DNA of 43,224 nucleotides from Prasinococcaceae sp. CCMP 1430 (taxonomy: Eukaryota > Plantae > Prasinodermophyta). A program made the position numbers and the translations under genes. This document shows, piece by piece, positions 10,421-21,766 of this stretch. Below the pieces are notes generated by a model. That model was not told where the DNA came from and did not search any database. It saw only the letters and a list, made by a program, of their open reading frames with translations. The stretch covers positions 1-43,224 of the forward strand of contig RQSC01000824.1 of the NCBI GenBank assembly GCA_013416795.1, written 5' to 3'. Numbering within the stretch: the stretch's first letter is position 1; each line of letters begins with the position of its first letter.

Positions 10421-12823
10421 GGGGCCGGCGTTGGCGGAGGCAGCGACGAAGGCCACGGCGGGCGCGGCAGTCGCTGTCGAGACCTCGCGGTGCATCGCTC
10501 GTGTGCTCGTCGACGCCGCTCCCGAGAGGCTCCGCGGCGGGCGGGGGGTGAGCGCCAAGGTGGCCGCGCGCGTGCTCTGCCAGCGCCAGCAGAAGCAGAA
10601 GCACGGACAGACCGACCACGCTAGCGGCGCAGTACATGAGAGCGCCGACGGCAGCGCGGCTGTACGAGCAAACACCAGCGTCGATGGTAGCGCGCGCTCT
10701 CGTGCGTGGCCGCCGTTCGAGATCGGGCCGATGGCGAACAAGCGTCGCGAGGACTACTTCGGCGTGGAGCGACCGGGCGCGCCCTTCGCTCGCGAGAATG
10801 GCACAAGCAACAGTGGTGCTGGCGGGGCATCGGAGGGCGCGGCGCCTTCGACGCGCCCGGGGAAGATCTTCCATCAGTTCGCCTTCTCCGCCGACGGCCA
10901 CAGCTTTGTGGTGGATGCGTACCTGCACGACGGCGGCGTCGGCGAGAGCGGGCACGGCAGGGTGTACCGCGAGCAGGAGGAGAGCTTGGCCACTCTCTTT
11001 GAGAACGCGAACGCAGGCGGCACTGCAGGAGCTGCAAAATCAACGTTATCAAGTGGCAAGGGAACAGCAGGTGGGCCTACAGACAGGGGCATTGGCGGTG
11101 TGGTGGCCATTATTCTTACCTCCAACCTGAAGATCACGCCGGCGCCGATGCCTCTCAGGTGCCGTTTCACGTTGGAATCTGGCGCCACCCAAGAAAGCGG
11201 TACGCTGCACACGGCGACGGATGGCAGCCCGACCTCGATAGTGGAGACGTCTGCGGACATGCACCTCTTTGGCACGAGGTTCGGACAGGGCGGTCACCGT
11301 GCCATCCCTACGTATACACTTCTATGCCCGGCTCCCGCAACTCTCTTGCGCGACTCGCTGCCACCTCCACCACACCCGGGCGAAGAAGGCAGCGTCGTTC
11401 CGGGCGTGAAGCTCTCGTTGGTATATGACGACGCGTCCGCCGGGGACTCGGACTCGGAGGTACTCAGCGATGATGGCAAGCGAAGCATCGCTTGGATGCA
11501 GCCGATCACGTTTCGCGACATGCGCATGCCGCCATCAGGCTCAGATGAGCCGCCGCCCGCCCAGTTTGACTTGGCCATGTGCCTTTCCGGAGTGTTTGGC
11601 GTCGGAGGCGGTCGTTTCCTGCCGGAGTATATCGAATACCACCGCGCTCTCGGCGTGGGCCGCTTCGAGGTACGCGCCTGTCTAGCGCGTCGGCCATCCA
11701 ACTGCCCGTGTGAGCGCTCCGTGCCGCTGAACTAGACGTGCTGCATTCAGTTCGCATTGCGCGACGACTGCACGTTCCTAGCACCTGCCGCAATGCGATG
11801 CTGACCACCCGGCTTGTGCTCAACGCACACAAAATAATGAAACGCACCTTCGTTGGCGTTGGCGCGTCGCAGTACTTTGACCTGGACAGCGGCGGTGGTG
11901 CTGTAAAGCAGCTCGAGGGCTACGCCCGCGAGGGCGTGCTGCGACTCCACGACTGGGCAGCGGTTCCGGGGAAGTTAACGTATAAGCGCCCCACTTACGC
12001 AAAAGGAAACATCGACCTCACGTGGGGCCGTATGGGATGGAAGGAAATGAACTGGATCGGCTGGTACCAAGGGCAGACGCTCACGCGTCAGGTGTGCTAC
12101 TGGTCTCTGAGGCGGCGTGCCAAGTACATGCTCATCAACGACATCGACGAGCTCCTCGTGCTGTGGCGCCCGCCGCACACGTTTCAGCAGACGCTCATGC
12201 CCTGGGCGGAGCGTGTGCACTTGGAGAGCGGCGGCGCCATCCGCGGTTTCTCACTTCTGAACATCGTCACACCCCCGAATCTCGTCGGTGTGCCGTGGAC
12301 GACGGCCAACTCGAGCGGAGCTGAGCGTCTCGCCGAGCAGTCCGTGCTCGGCAGCGTGCGCTATCAGAAGAACACTTATGAGACCGGGCGCTATATCAAC
12401 GGCCACTGGAAGTACATTCTGCGTGTCGCTGAGGAGGACGGTCGGGCCATCCTTCCACCCATCTGGTTTCACAGCATATTTTACGCGCCATCCTACACGA
12501 ACATGACTGACCTGCTGGACCGAATGATGACGCTCGTGCCTGAGACCGACGGGCACTTGCGACACCTCGTCCCGTTTCCGCGCCTCTCGGACAAGGACGA
12601 CGTATTCCCGGATAGGGGCTATTCTATTAAGCCGCTCCCGGACCCTCTGGTGTCCGCAATGATGGCCGCCATCCGCGGCGGGCCGGCGTGGCTGGCCGAG
12701 TCGTACGCGCACTCGCCGTCGAGCCTGAACGCGTCGGACTTCTCTCGCGCGGGCACCGGCGACGGGACGCTGCCAAAGAAGTGCGGCAAGCCCGACAACA
12801 AGTACACCTACCTGTGCGCGTAG
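10389..12823 (+). CDS. Glycosyltransferase family 92 (DUF23)-like protein, copy 1; exons 10389?-11669, 11873-12823; no in-frame ATG or full signal anchor at the 5' end
   Basis: [26 protein letters not shown]|[42 protein letters not shown] is the GT92 pattern with a DxD-type motif; phase-0 GT-AG intron of 203 nt. Confidence 0.75.
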
Positions 12824-13190
12824 CCAAGCATCTCTGGCGAGCACGTTAGCGAGCTTTCTCTCTCCAGCCACAGTAGGTCTCTAGAGCTAGCGCTTTACTA
12901 GAGAGAGCGAGCCAGCTCGTCCTAGTCCGCTGACGTATTACGCGCAAGTGTTGTCACCCTCAGGGAGTGTAGGCACGCATGCGCCTTTTTTCTATTTTTT
13001 TCCCTCCTTTGTGCCCCAGAGCCCCAGAGAGTGCGCGACGGCGCGAGCGCAGTAGCAGCAGCGACGGCGCCACACGTCGCGCGCAGGAGGGGAGGGCGGG
13101 GGGGGAGGCGGCTTTGAGGAGGCGAGGCAGGGGTGCGGCGATGGTAATGACAGCGACGGCAGCGATGGCAGCGACGGCGAGGGGGTGAGC

Positions 13191-15681
13191 ATGACGTGTG
13201 GCGCGATGCCGACAGCGTCGGCATCGCGCCACACGTCGCGCCACAGGGCGTGGGCGGCGCTCGTCGCGGCGTGCGCGGCGGCGTGTGCTGCGGGGTGGCG
13301 AGCTAGGCCGGCGCTGGTGGCGGCAATGGAGGATGCCACGGCGGAGGCGGCAGTCGCCGTCAAGGCATGTGTCGCTCGTGTGCTCGCCGTCGCCGCTCCA
13401 AAAAAGCTCGATGACGAGAGGCGGATGAGTGCTGAGGTGGCCGCGCGCGTGCTCTGCGAGAGCCAGCAGGAGCTGGAGCACGAGCGGACCGACCATGCTA
13501 GCGGCAACGTACCTGACACCAGCGACGACATCGCTGCCATACAAGCTCATACGATCGCCGATGGTAGCGCACGCGCTCGTGCCTGGCCGCCGTTCGAGAT
13601 CGGGCCATGGGCGAACAAGCGTCGCGGGGACTACTTCGGCGTGGAACGACCGGGCGCGCCGTTCGCTCGCGAAGATGGCGCGGGGGCTTCGACGCGGCCG
13701 GAGAAGATCTTCCACCAGTTCGCCTTCTCCGCCGATGGCCACAGCTATGTAGTGGATGCGTACCTGCACGACGGCCGCCTCGGCGAGAGCGGGCACGGCG
13801 GGGTGTATTTCCAGGAGAAAGATAGCTTGGCCACGCTTTTCGACAGGGTGGGAGCGGGCGACGCGTATCGATCCGCAAGGTCGTCAAGTGGCGGAGCAGC
13901 AGCAGGTAGGCCTGCGGGCATTGGTATTGACGGTGTGGTGGCGGTCATTCTCTCGTCAGACCTGAAGGACACGCCGGCGCCGATGCCGCTCAGGTGCCGC
14001 TTCACATCGGAATCTGACACTGCGAAAGGCGGCACGACGCACACGACGAGGGATGGCGGCTCAACCTTGATACTTGAAACCCCTGCGGATATGCACATCT
14101 TCGGCACGCGGTACGCAAAAACGAACGGTCACCTTGCCATCCAAACTTATACAATTCTGTGCCCTACGCCTTCGACTATATTGCGCGACGCACTGCCGCC
14201 TCCGCCACGCCCGGGCGAAGAAGGCAGCGTCGTTCAGGGCGTGAGGCTCTCGTTGGTATACGATGACGCGTCAGCCGGGGACTCGGACTCGGAGGTACTC
14301 AGCGATGATGGCGCGCCAAGCATCGCTTGGATGCAGCCGATTACGTTTCGCGACATGCGCATGCCGCCCTCAGGCTCAGATCGGCCGCCGCCTGCCCAAG
14401 TTGACTTGGCCATGTGCCTGTCCGGAGTGTTTGGCGTCGGAGGCGGTCGTTTCCTGCCGGAGTACATCGAATACCATCGCGCTCTCGGCGTGGGCCGCTT
14501 CGAGGTACGCGCCTGTCTAGCGCGTAGACCAGCCGGCTAGTAGTGTGTGGCTCCTGCCGAGTCACTTCGAAGCTAGGCGTGCTGCATTCAGTTCGCATTG
14601 CGCGACAAATGCGCGTTACCAGCTCCTACTGCAATGCGATGCTGACCACCCTGCTTTTGCTGAACGCGCACAAATCATGGAACACGCCTTCGGTGTCGTT
14701 TGCTCGTCATAGTACTTTGACATGGACAGTGGCGGTGCTGCCGTGAAACAGCTTGAAAGCTACGCCCGCGAAGGCGTACTGCGACTCCACGACTGGGCCG
14801 CGGTCCCGGGGGTTGAGGGGTATGCGCGTCCGCGGCACGCTACCGGCGGCACTGACCGAAACATCGATCCCACATGGGCAAACATGGGTTGGGAAAATAT
14901 GCTCGTCTGGAACCAAGGCCAGACGCTCACGCGTCAGGTGTGCTACTGGTCTCTGAGGCGGCGTGCCAAGTACATGCTCATCAACGACATCGACGAGCTC
15001 CTCGTGCTGTGGCGCCCTCCGCACACGTTTCAGCAGACGCTGATGCCCTGGGCGGAGCGTGTGCACTCGGAGAGCGGCGGCGCTATTCGCGGTTTTTCTC
15101 TTCTGAACATCATCACCCCGCCGAATCTCGTCGGCGTGCCGTGGACGACGGCCAACTCGAGCGAAGCGGAGCGTCTCGCCGAGCAGTCCGTGCTTGGCAG
15201 CATGCGCTATCAGAGGAGCAACTATTTTTTCCCCTTTGGGCCCGGGCGCTTTGGCAAGGGCCGCTGGAAGTACGTTCTGCGGCTTGCGGAGGAGGACGGT
15301 CGGGCCATCCTTCCACCCATCTGGTTTCACAGCATGTTTCACTCGAGGACACAGCATATGACTGACCTATTGGACCGAGTGATGGTGCTCGTGCCTGAAA
15401 GCAAGGGGCATTTGCGACACCTCGTCCCGTTCCCGCGCCTTGCGGACAAGGCGGATCGATTTCCGAACAAGGGCTATTCGCTCAAGCCTCTGCCGGACCC
15501 CCTGGTGTCCGGAATGATGGCCGCCATCCGCGGCGGGCCGGCGTGGCTGGCCGAGTCGTACGCGCACTCTCCGTCGAGCCTGAACGCGTCGGAGCTCTCT
15601 CGCGCGGGTAAAGGCGACGGGACGCTGCCGGAGACGTGCGTCACGGGCGCCAGGCACAACTACACGTACCTGTGCGCGTAG
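13191..15681 (+). CDS. GT92 (DUF23)-like protein, copy 2, about 760 aa, type II membrane; exons 13191-14504, 14713-15681
   Basis: ATG at 13191, hydrophobic anchor AWAALVAACAAACAAGW, same catalytic motifs and same intron position (208 nt) as copy 1. Confidence 0.85.
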
Positions 15682-16099
15682 CTAGCTCAGTAGCGAGAGG
15701 GAGCGAGCGAGCGCGAGCCCTACTCAAGTCACTAGCGAGCCGGTAGTACTAGCACACTCTACAGCTATCATTTCATAAACGTTACTCCTGGGAGATCGTA
15801 CAGAAGTCCCATCCTCCGGCCTCGGAGCCTAGAGCGCGGAGCCTGCGCCCTCGAGGTCGAGCCTGGCGCCAGACTTCGGGTAGCGACACGATTGGATGGG
15901 CATGGAGTAGTCTCCCGTGGCCTCGATGACTGACGGATGCATATCGACATCGACAACGGCCGACGGTGCTTTTCCCCTGCATTTTGACGTGGCTGGTTTT
16001 GGTAGTGGAATCCGCGGAGCGATGGTGCACTTGGAACGGCGCGGGCGCGGTAACAGCCGCGGCGGCGCCACACGCCGCGCGTGCGACGGGCGCGGCGGC

Positions 16100-16113
16100 A
16101 CACACACACGCAC

Positions 16114-16144
<31 letters not shown>

Positions 16145-16223
16145 GTGTCAAAGCCACACACGCACGCACACACACACACACAGTGTCACACGCACACACG
16201 CGCACGCACGCACACACACACAC

Positions 16224-16254
<31 letters not shown>

Positions 16255-16260
16255 GTGACA

Positions 16261-16294
<34 letters not shown>

Positions 16295-16298
16295 CACA
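16100..16298 (+). repeat. (CA)n/(CACG)n microsatellite
   Basis: About 200 bp of interrupted CA repeats. Confidence 0.95.
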
Positions 16299-16415
16299 CT
16301 GCCGCGGGCGCGGCGGCGCCGAGGGCGCCAGGCGCGGGCGCGGAGCGGGGCGCAGTCCGGCGCCAGACCCGCCTCATAGCGGGCGCGAGTTTGTGTGTGG
16401 GGTGAGGGGGCGAGG

Positions 16416-19165
16416 ATGGTGTGCCGGCGCGCGGCGCTCGCCGCGGCGGTGGTGCACGTTGCGGGCCACCGAGGTGCTCGCGTACTAGGCGGCAATGGCG
16501 GGGGCCGCGGCGGAGGCGGCGGGCGGGGGGCTCGTCGAGGCGTTCGCGGAGGCCGGCGCGGAGGCCGGCGCCGGGCTGCTGGGCGGCGCTGTCGACGACG
16601 CGCGACAGCAAGAGGTGCGTATGCGCCCGCGTGATGACTTGGTGTCACGCCAACGTCCCACCTGCGCCCCGCCGCGATGCGCGCGCTGCGTCTGATCGCT
16701 GGCGCAGGGGCACGCGCTGACGCCTGCGTCGACGCGGGCATGGCCATCAACCAGTCCTTGCGCGCTGAGTATGCCGCGAGCCGCACCGTGGAGACGTGCG
16801 TCGCTCGTGTGCTCGCCGACGCCCCTCCCGAACAGCTCCGTGGCGGGCAGCGGGTGAGCGCCGAGGTGGCCGCGCGCGTGCGCTGCCGCAGGGAGCACAA
16901 GCAGGGGAGCGCACAGAACGCCCGCGCCGGCGGCGCACACCTTGACACGCGCGTGGGCATCGCAACGGGACTCGCGAATGCGAGCACCCTTGGAAACGCG
17001 AGTGCTCGCGCGTGGCCGCCGTTCGAGGTCGGGCCGATGGCGAACAAGCGTCGCGAGGACTACTGCGGCGTGGAGCGACCGGGCGCGCCCTTCGCTCGCG
17101 AGGATGGTACACTACGTACTAGCGATGCTGGCGGGGCATCGGAGGGTGTAGCGGCCTCGACGCGCCCGGAGAAGATCTTCCACCAGTTCGCCTTCTCCGC
17201 CGACGGCCATAGCTTTGTGGTCGACGCGTACCTGCACGACGGCGGCCTCGGCGAGAGCGAGCACGGCGGTGTATACCGCGAGGAGGAGGAGAGCTTGGCC
17301 AATCTCTTTGACACTGCAAGAGCGGGCGCCGCGGCAGGCGCTGCGGCATCGTCAAGTGTCGGAGAAACAGCAGGTGGCCATAACGACGGCGGCAGCGGCG
17401 GTGTGGTGGCGGTCATTCTCTCGTCAGATCAGAAGGACACGCCGGCGCCGATGCCGCTCAGGTGCCGCTTCATGTCGAAATCTGACACTGCGAAAGGCGG
17501 CACGACGCACACGACGAGCGATGGCGGCCACACAACGATAGTGGAGACCCCTGCGGACATGCACCTCTTCGGCACGCGGTACGCACCACTACGGGGGGCT
17601 CACCTTGACATCCATGCGTACACAATCCTGTGCCCAGCACCCGCAACAATCTTACGCGACGCACTGCCACCTCCGCCACGCCAGGGCGAAGAAGGAAGCG
17701 TCGTTCCGGGCGTGTGGCTCTCGTTAGTATACGATGACGGGGACTCTGACTCGGAGGTACTCAGCGATGATGGCGAGCGAAGCATCGCTTGGATGCAGCC
17801 GATTACGTTTCGCGACATGCGCATGCTGCCCTCCGGCTCAGATGAGCCGCCGCCCGCCCAAGTTGACTTGGCCATGTGCCTGTCCGGAGTGTTTGGCATC
17901 GGGGGCGGTCGTTTCTTGCCGGAGTACATCGAGTACCATCGCGCTCTCGGAGTGGGCCTCTTCGAGGTACGCGCATGGCTAGCGCGTCGACCAGCCGGCT
18001 GGTAGTGTGTGCACTCCGTGCCGCTGAACTAGACGTGCTGCATAGAGTGCGCATTGCGCGACAAATGCGCGTCACTAGACTAGCACGGTACTAGCATCTA
18101 CTACTGCAATGCGATGCTGACCACCCTGCTCTGTCTAAATATGCGCGAATGGCACGCATTTTCATTGGTTTTGGCTCATCGCAGTACTTTGACCTGGACA
18201 GCGGCGGTGCTGCTGTAAAGCAGCTGGAAGGCTACGCCCGCGAGGGCGTGCTGCGGCTCCACGACTGGGCCGCGGTCCCGGGGGTTGAGGGGTACGCGCG
18301 TCCGCAGCACGCACCAGGCGGTACTGACCGAAACATCGACCCGACCTGGGCAAACATGGGATGGGAAAATATGATCAGCTGGCAGCAAGGGCAGACGCTC
18401 ACGCGTCAGGTGTGCTACTGGTCTCTGAGGCGGCGTGCAAAGTACATGCTCATCAATGACATCGACGAGCTCCTCGTGCTGTGGCGCCCTCCGCACACCT
18501 TTCAGCAGACGCTGATGCCCTGGGCGGAGCGTGTGCACGCGGAGAGCGGCGGCGCCATTCGCGGTTTTTCTCTTCTGAACATCATCACTCCCCCGAACTT
18601 GGTCGGCGTGCCGTGGACGACGGCCAACTCGAGCGGAGCTGAGCGTCTCGCCGAGCAGTCCGTGCTTGGCAGCGTGCGCTATCAGAAGATAAGTTATGCA
18701 CCCGAGCGCTTCGGCAAGAACGGCTTGCGCTTTCACCGCGGGCGCTGGAAGTACACTCTGCGGCTCGCGGAGGAGGACGGCCGGGCCATCCTTCCACCCG
18801 TTTGGTATCACAGCATATTCCATTCGTCGTTCCACAAGGATATGACCGACCTATTGGACCGAATGATGGTGCTCGTGCCTGAGACCGACGGGCACTTGCG
18901 ACACCTCGTCCCGTTTCCGCGCCTCTCGGACAAGGACGACGTATTCCCGGATAGGGGCTATTCTATTAAGCCGCTGCCTGACCCTCTGGTGTCCGCGATG
19001 ATGGCCGCCATCCGCGGCGGGCCGTCGTGGCTGGCCGAGTCGTACGCGCACTCGCCGTCGAGCCTGAACGCGTCGGACCTCTCTCGCGCGGGCACCGGCG
19101 ACGGGACGCTGCCGGAGAAGTGCGCCAAGCCCAGCAAGCACAACTACACCTTCCTGTGCGCCTAG
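16416..19165 (+). CDS. GT92 (DUF23)-like protein, copy 3; exons 16416?-16614, 16708-17966, 18185-19165 (first exon uncertain)
   Basis: Homologous to copies 1 and 2 from ETCVARVL onward, with the same intron position (218 nt). A phase-1 GT-AG intron at 16615-16707 links an ATG at 16416 in frame, but the resulting N-terminus is low-complexity. Confidence 0.8.
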
Positions 19166-19193
19166 CTAGAAGGCGCCACCCACGCCCATTTAA

Positions 19194-19218
19194 TAAACCC
19201 TAACCTTTTAACCCTAAA
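19194..19218 (+). promoter_or_regulatory. Telo-box-like motifs (AAACCCTAA, TAACCCTAAA) between GT copy 3 and ATE1
   Basis: taaaccctaaccttttaaccctaaa, about 130 bp upstream of the ATE1 ATG; function inferred from plant telo-boxes. Confidence 0.45.
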
Positions 19219-19339
19219 TGATCCTGACCCCAAACTTCTGTTCACGCGCGGGCGGGCGCGCTGCCGCTGGCGGCGCGGCCACAGCGCGCGCCGAGCCTGC
19301 CCGCGGGTGCTCGCGGCGCGGCCTGGCCAGGGCGGGGCG

Positions 19340-21443
19340 ATGACCCCCCGCCTGCTGCCGCGCGAGGGCGGCGCGGCTGCCGCCCCGATGCCCGAGTCCG
19401 TGGTGCTCGACCACGGCATGAGCGCGTCGTCGTGCGGCTACTGCGACACGACCGCCGAGGACACGTTCGCGTCGCACGGCATGTGGGTGTACCACATGTC
19501 GGTGGGCGACTACCAGGGCCTGCTCGACAGGGGGTGGAGGCGCAGCGGGCAGTTCATGTACAAGCCCGAGATGGCCGTCACCTGCTGCCCACCGTACACC
19601 ATCCGCCTGCCCGCGAAGGAGTTCGCCCCGACCAAGGGGCAGCGCAAGTTGCTGCGCAAGTTCGAGCGCCACCTCGCGGCCGGGCTGGAGCGACGCCGCG
19701 GCGCGGGCGGCGATGCGCGCAGCCAAGCGAAGGGCGGCGCCTCGCGCCGCGCAGGCGCGGGCGCTCGCGCGGGGAGTGGGGCATAGCGTGGAAGAGCACG
19801 AACTCGTCGAAGGACGAGGTGCTGCCGGGCATTTGCGAGACCAAGGGCGCCTTCGTCGTGAAGGGGATGAAGCCGTGCAGGCGCTGGTCGCGCGCGGCGC
19901 GCTGCCGAGCGCGCGTTACCCGCGGTGCACGGTGCGCCTGCGCGGAGGAGGATCGCCCGGCACGCAGGTGTGGAGCTCGCCGTCCGCGCACGCCATCGCT
20001 GCGACCGCGCGGCGCGCGAGGAGCGCGCTGGTGGCGCCGCACGCGAGCGCAGCGCGGGCGCCGCAGCAGGACCGGGTCCTCGACTGCGCTGCTCAGGTGG
20101 CGAGCGCGCTGCACGCGGAGTGGGAGCGGCTGCCGCACGCGCGCGAGCTGGGCACGGCGTCGGTGGCGGGGGAATACATTAATATCGCCTGCGAGCATGC
20201 CGCAGGGGGGCGAGCGGCGGCCGACTTGCCGAGGTCTGCAGCTGCGCCCGCAGCGGTGGCGGCCACCGACGGAGGGGGAATGCATTGCGACGATCTGCAC
20301 AGCGCGGGGGCGGCGGTGGCACGTCAAGGCAAACACGCGCAGAGCGCGGACGCGGACGCACCGCCCATGTCGCCGCACGGCGCGAAGCGTTCGCGTGCCA
20401 CCTTGCGCGACTCGCCTCGGGCCGCGAACCAGCCTGGGGCCGAGGCCATGGACGTGCAGGGCGGTTCCAGCGCCCAGGAGGAGGCTGGCACTCGTGGGCC
20501 TCTCGAGCTCACCGTGACGACGCACCGCTCGGCCTTTGACGAAGAGGAGTACCAACTCTACAGGCGGTATCAGATCGCAGTGCACGAGAGCAGCCTCGAC
20601 GAGCTCGAACGCTCGCACTACGAGCGCTTCCTGGTGGACACCCCACTCACGTTCGTGCCACCAGATGCGGAGAACGGTACGACGCCGACCTGCGGCATGG
20701 GATCCTTCCACCAGCAGTATCGCCTGGGGGACAGGCTGGTCGCGGTGGGCGTGGTCGACATCCTGCCGTCATGCCTGTCTTCAAAGTACCTGTTCTGGGA
20801 TCCCGACCTTGCGCACTTGGGTTTGGGCAAGGTGACCGCGCTGAAGGTGCGGGAGCAGGCCAGCGCGCGCCCATGCGGCGCGCTCGTGCCCGGCGCCCTC
20901 CGTTCGCGCCCGGCCCATCGCTGACGCTCGCTGCCGCGCGCACAGGAGGTCGAGTGGGTCGCCTCGCAGCAGGAGGTGTGTCCAAGCCTCAAGTACTATT
21001 ATTTGGGGTACTACATTCACACGTGCCCGAAGATGACGTACAAGGCAGAGTTCGCGCCGAGCGAGCTGCTGTGCCCTGCGACGCTCCAGTGGGTGCCGTT
21101 CACGGATGCGCGGCCGGTGCTCGACAGGGACGGCGGCAAGAGCACGCGCTTGCTGGATGGCATGGGCGCCGGGGGCGCCCCTTCCGAGGAGATCGTCTGC
21201 GCGCCGTCGAGCAGCAAGTGCGACAAGACCGCGTGCGACGACGAAGAAAGCGGCGAGCTGCCCGAAGACTACGACTTCGTGAAGCTGCTGCTGCACGGTG
21301 CATGCGTGCGCTTCGACGAGCTGCGCCGCATCTCCACGCTGCCGCGCAAGCCCGTGTGGCAGCTCTACAGGCAACTCTCCGCGTGGACGAGGCGCGTCGG
21401 GGACCAATTTGCGCGCAAGGCGCTGTACGTCGTGGCGACGTAA
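19340..21443 (+). CDS. ATE1: Arginyl-tRNA--protein transferase; frame junction near 19775-19865 unresolved, intron 20847-20945
   Basis: ATE_N: [44 protein letters not shown]: [63 protein letters not shown]|[31 protein letters not shown]. Confidence 0.93.
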
Positions 21444-21766
21444 GCAGGGTGTAATACGCGATGCCGGCACTTTCAAACGCCACCTTCTGTGCTTCCGACT
21501 TCGCGCGCAAATGAGGTGGGCACCCCGGGGCGCATGTGGTCGGGTGCAAGTCCTTTACTCTCGACACGCAACTGTGTCGCTTCACGCGCAGGCATGACAC
21601 GCAGGCCTGCTGCGTCCACATTCCTCGCTGGTCCGTGCGCGTGCCGGTGGCTCGGCGGTCCCTCCTGAAATAAAAATCTTGGTCCCGCAGGCCTGTGCTC
21701 CCGGACGCATGTACGCTTGGTCCGCTCGCACGCGCACGCGTGTTTTGCCTCCCGCCAGCGGCGTCC

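Noticed and set aside
11670-11872. Intronic C/D-box snoRNA in the GT92 introns
   Set aside because: CTGA is present but there is no RTGATGA C box or terminal stem; CTGAC fits a branch site better
15829-16030. Possible minus-strand terminal exon (..VVDVDMHPSVIEATGDYSMP..)
   Set aside because: Short, no homology recognised, upstream exon unclear
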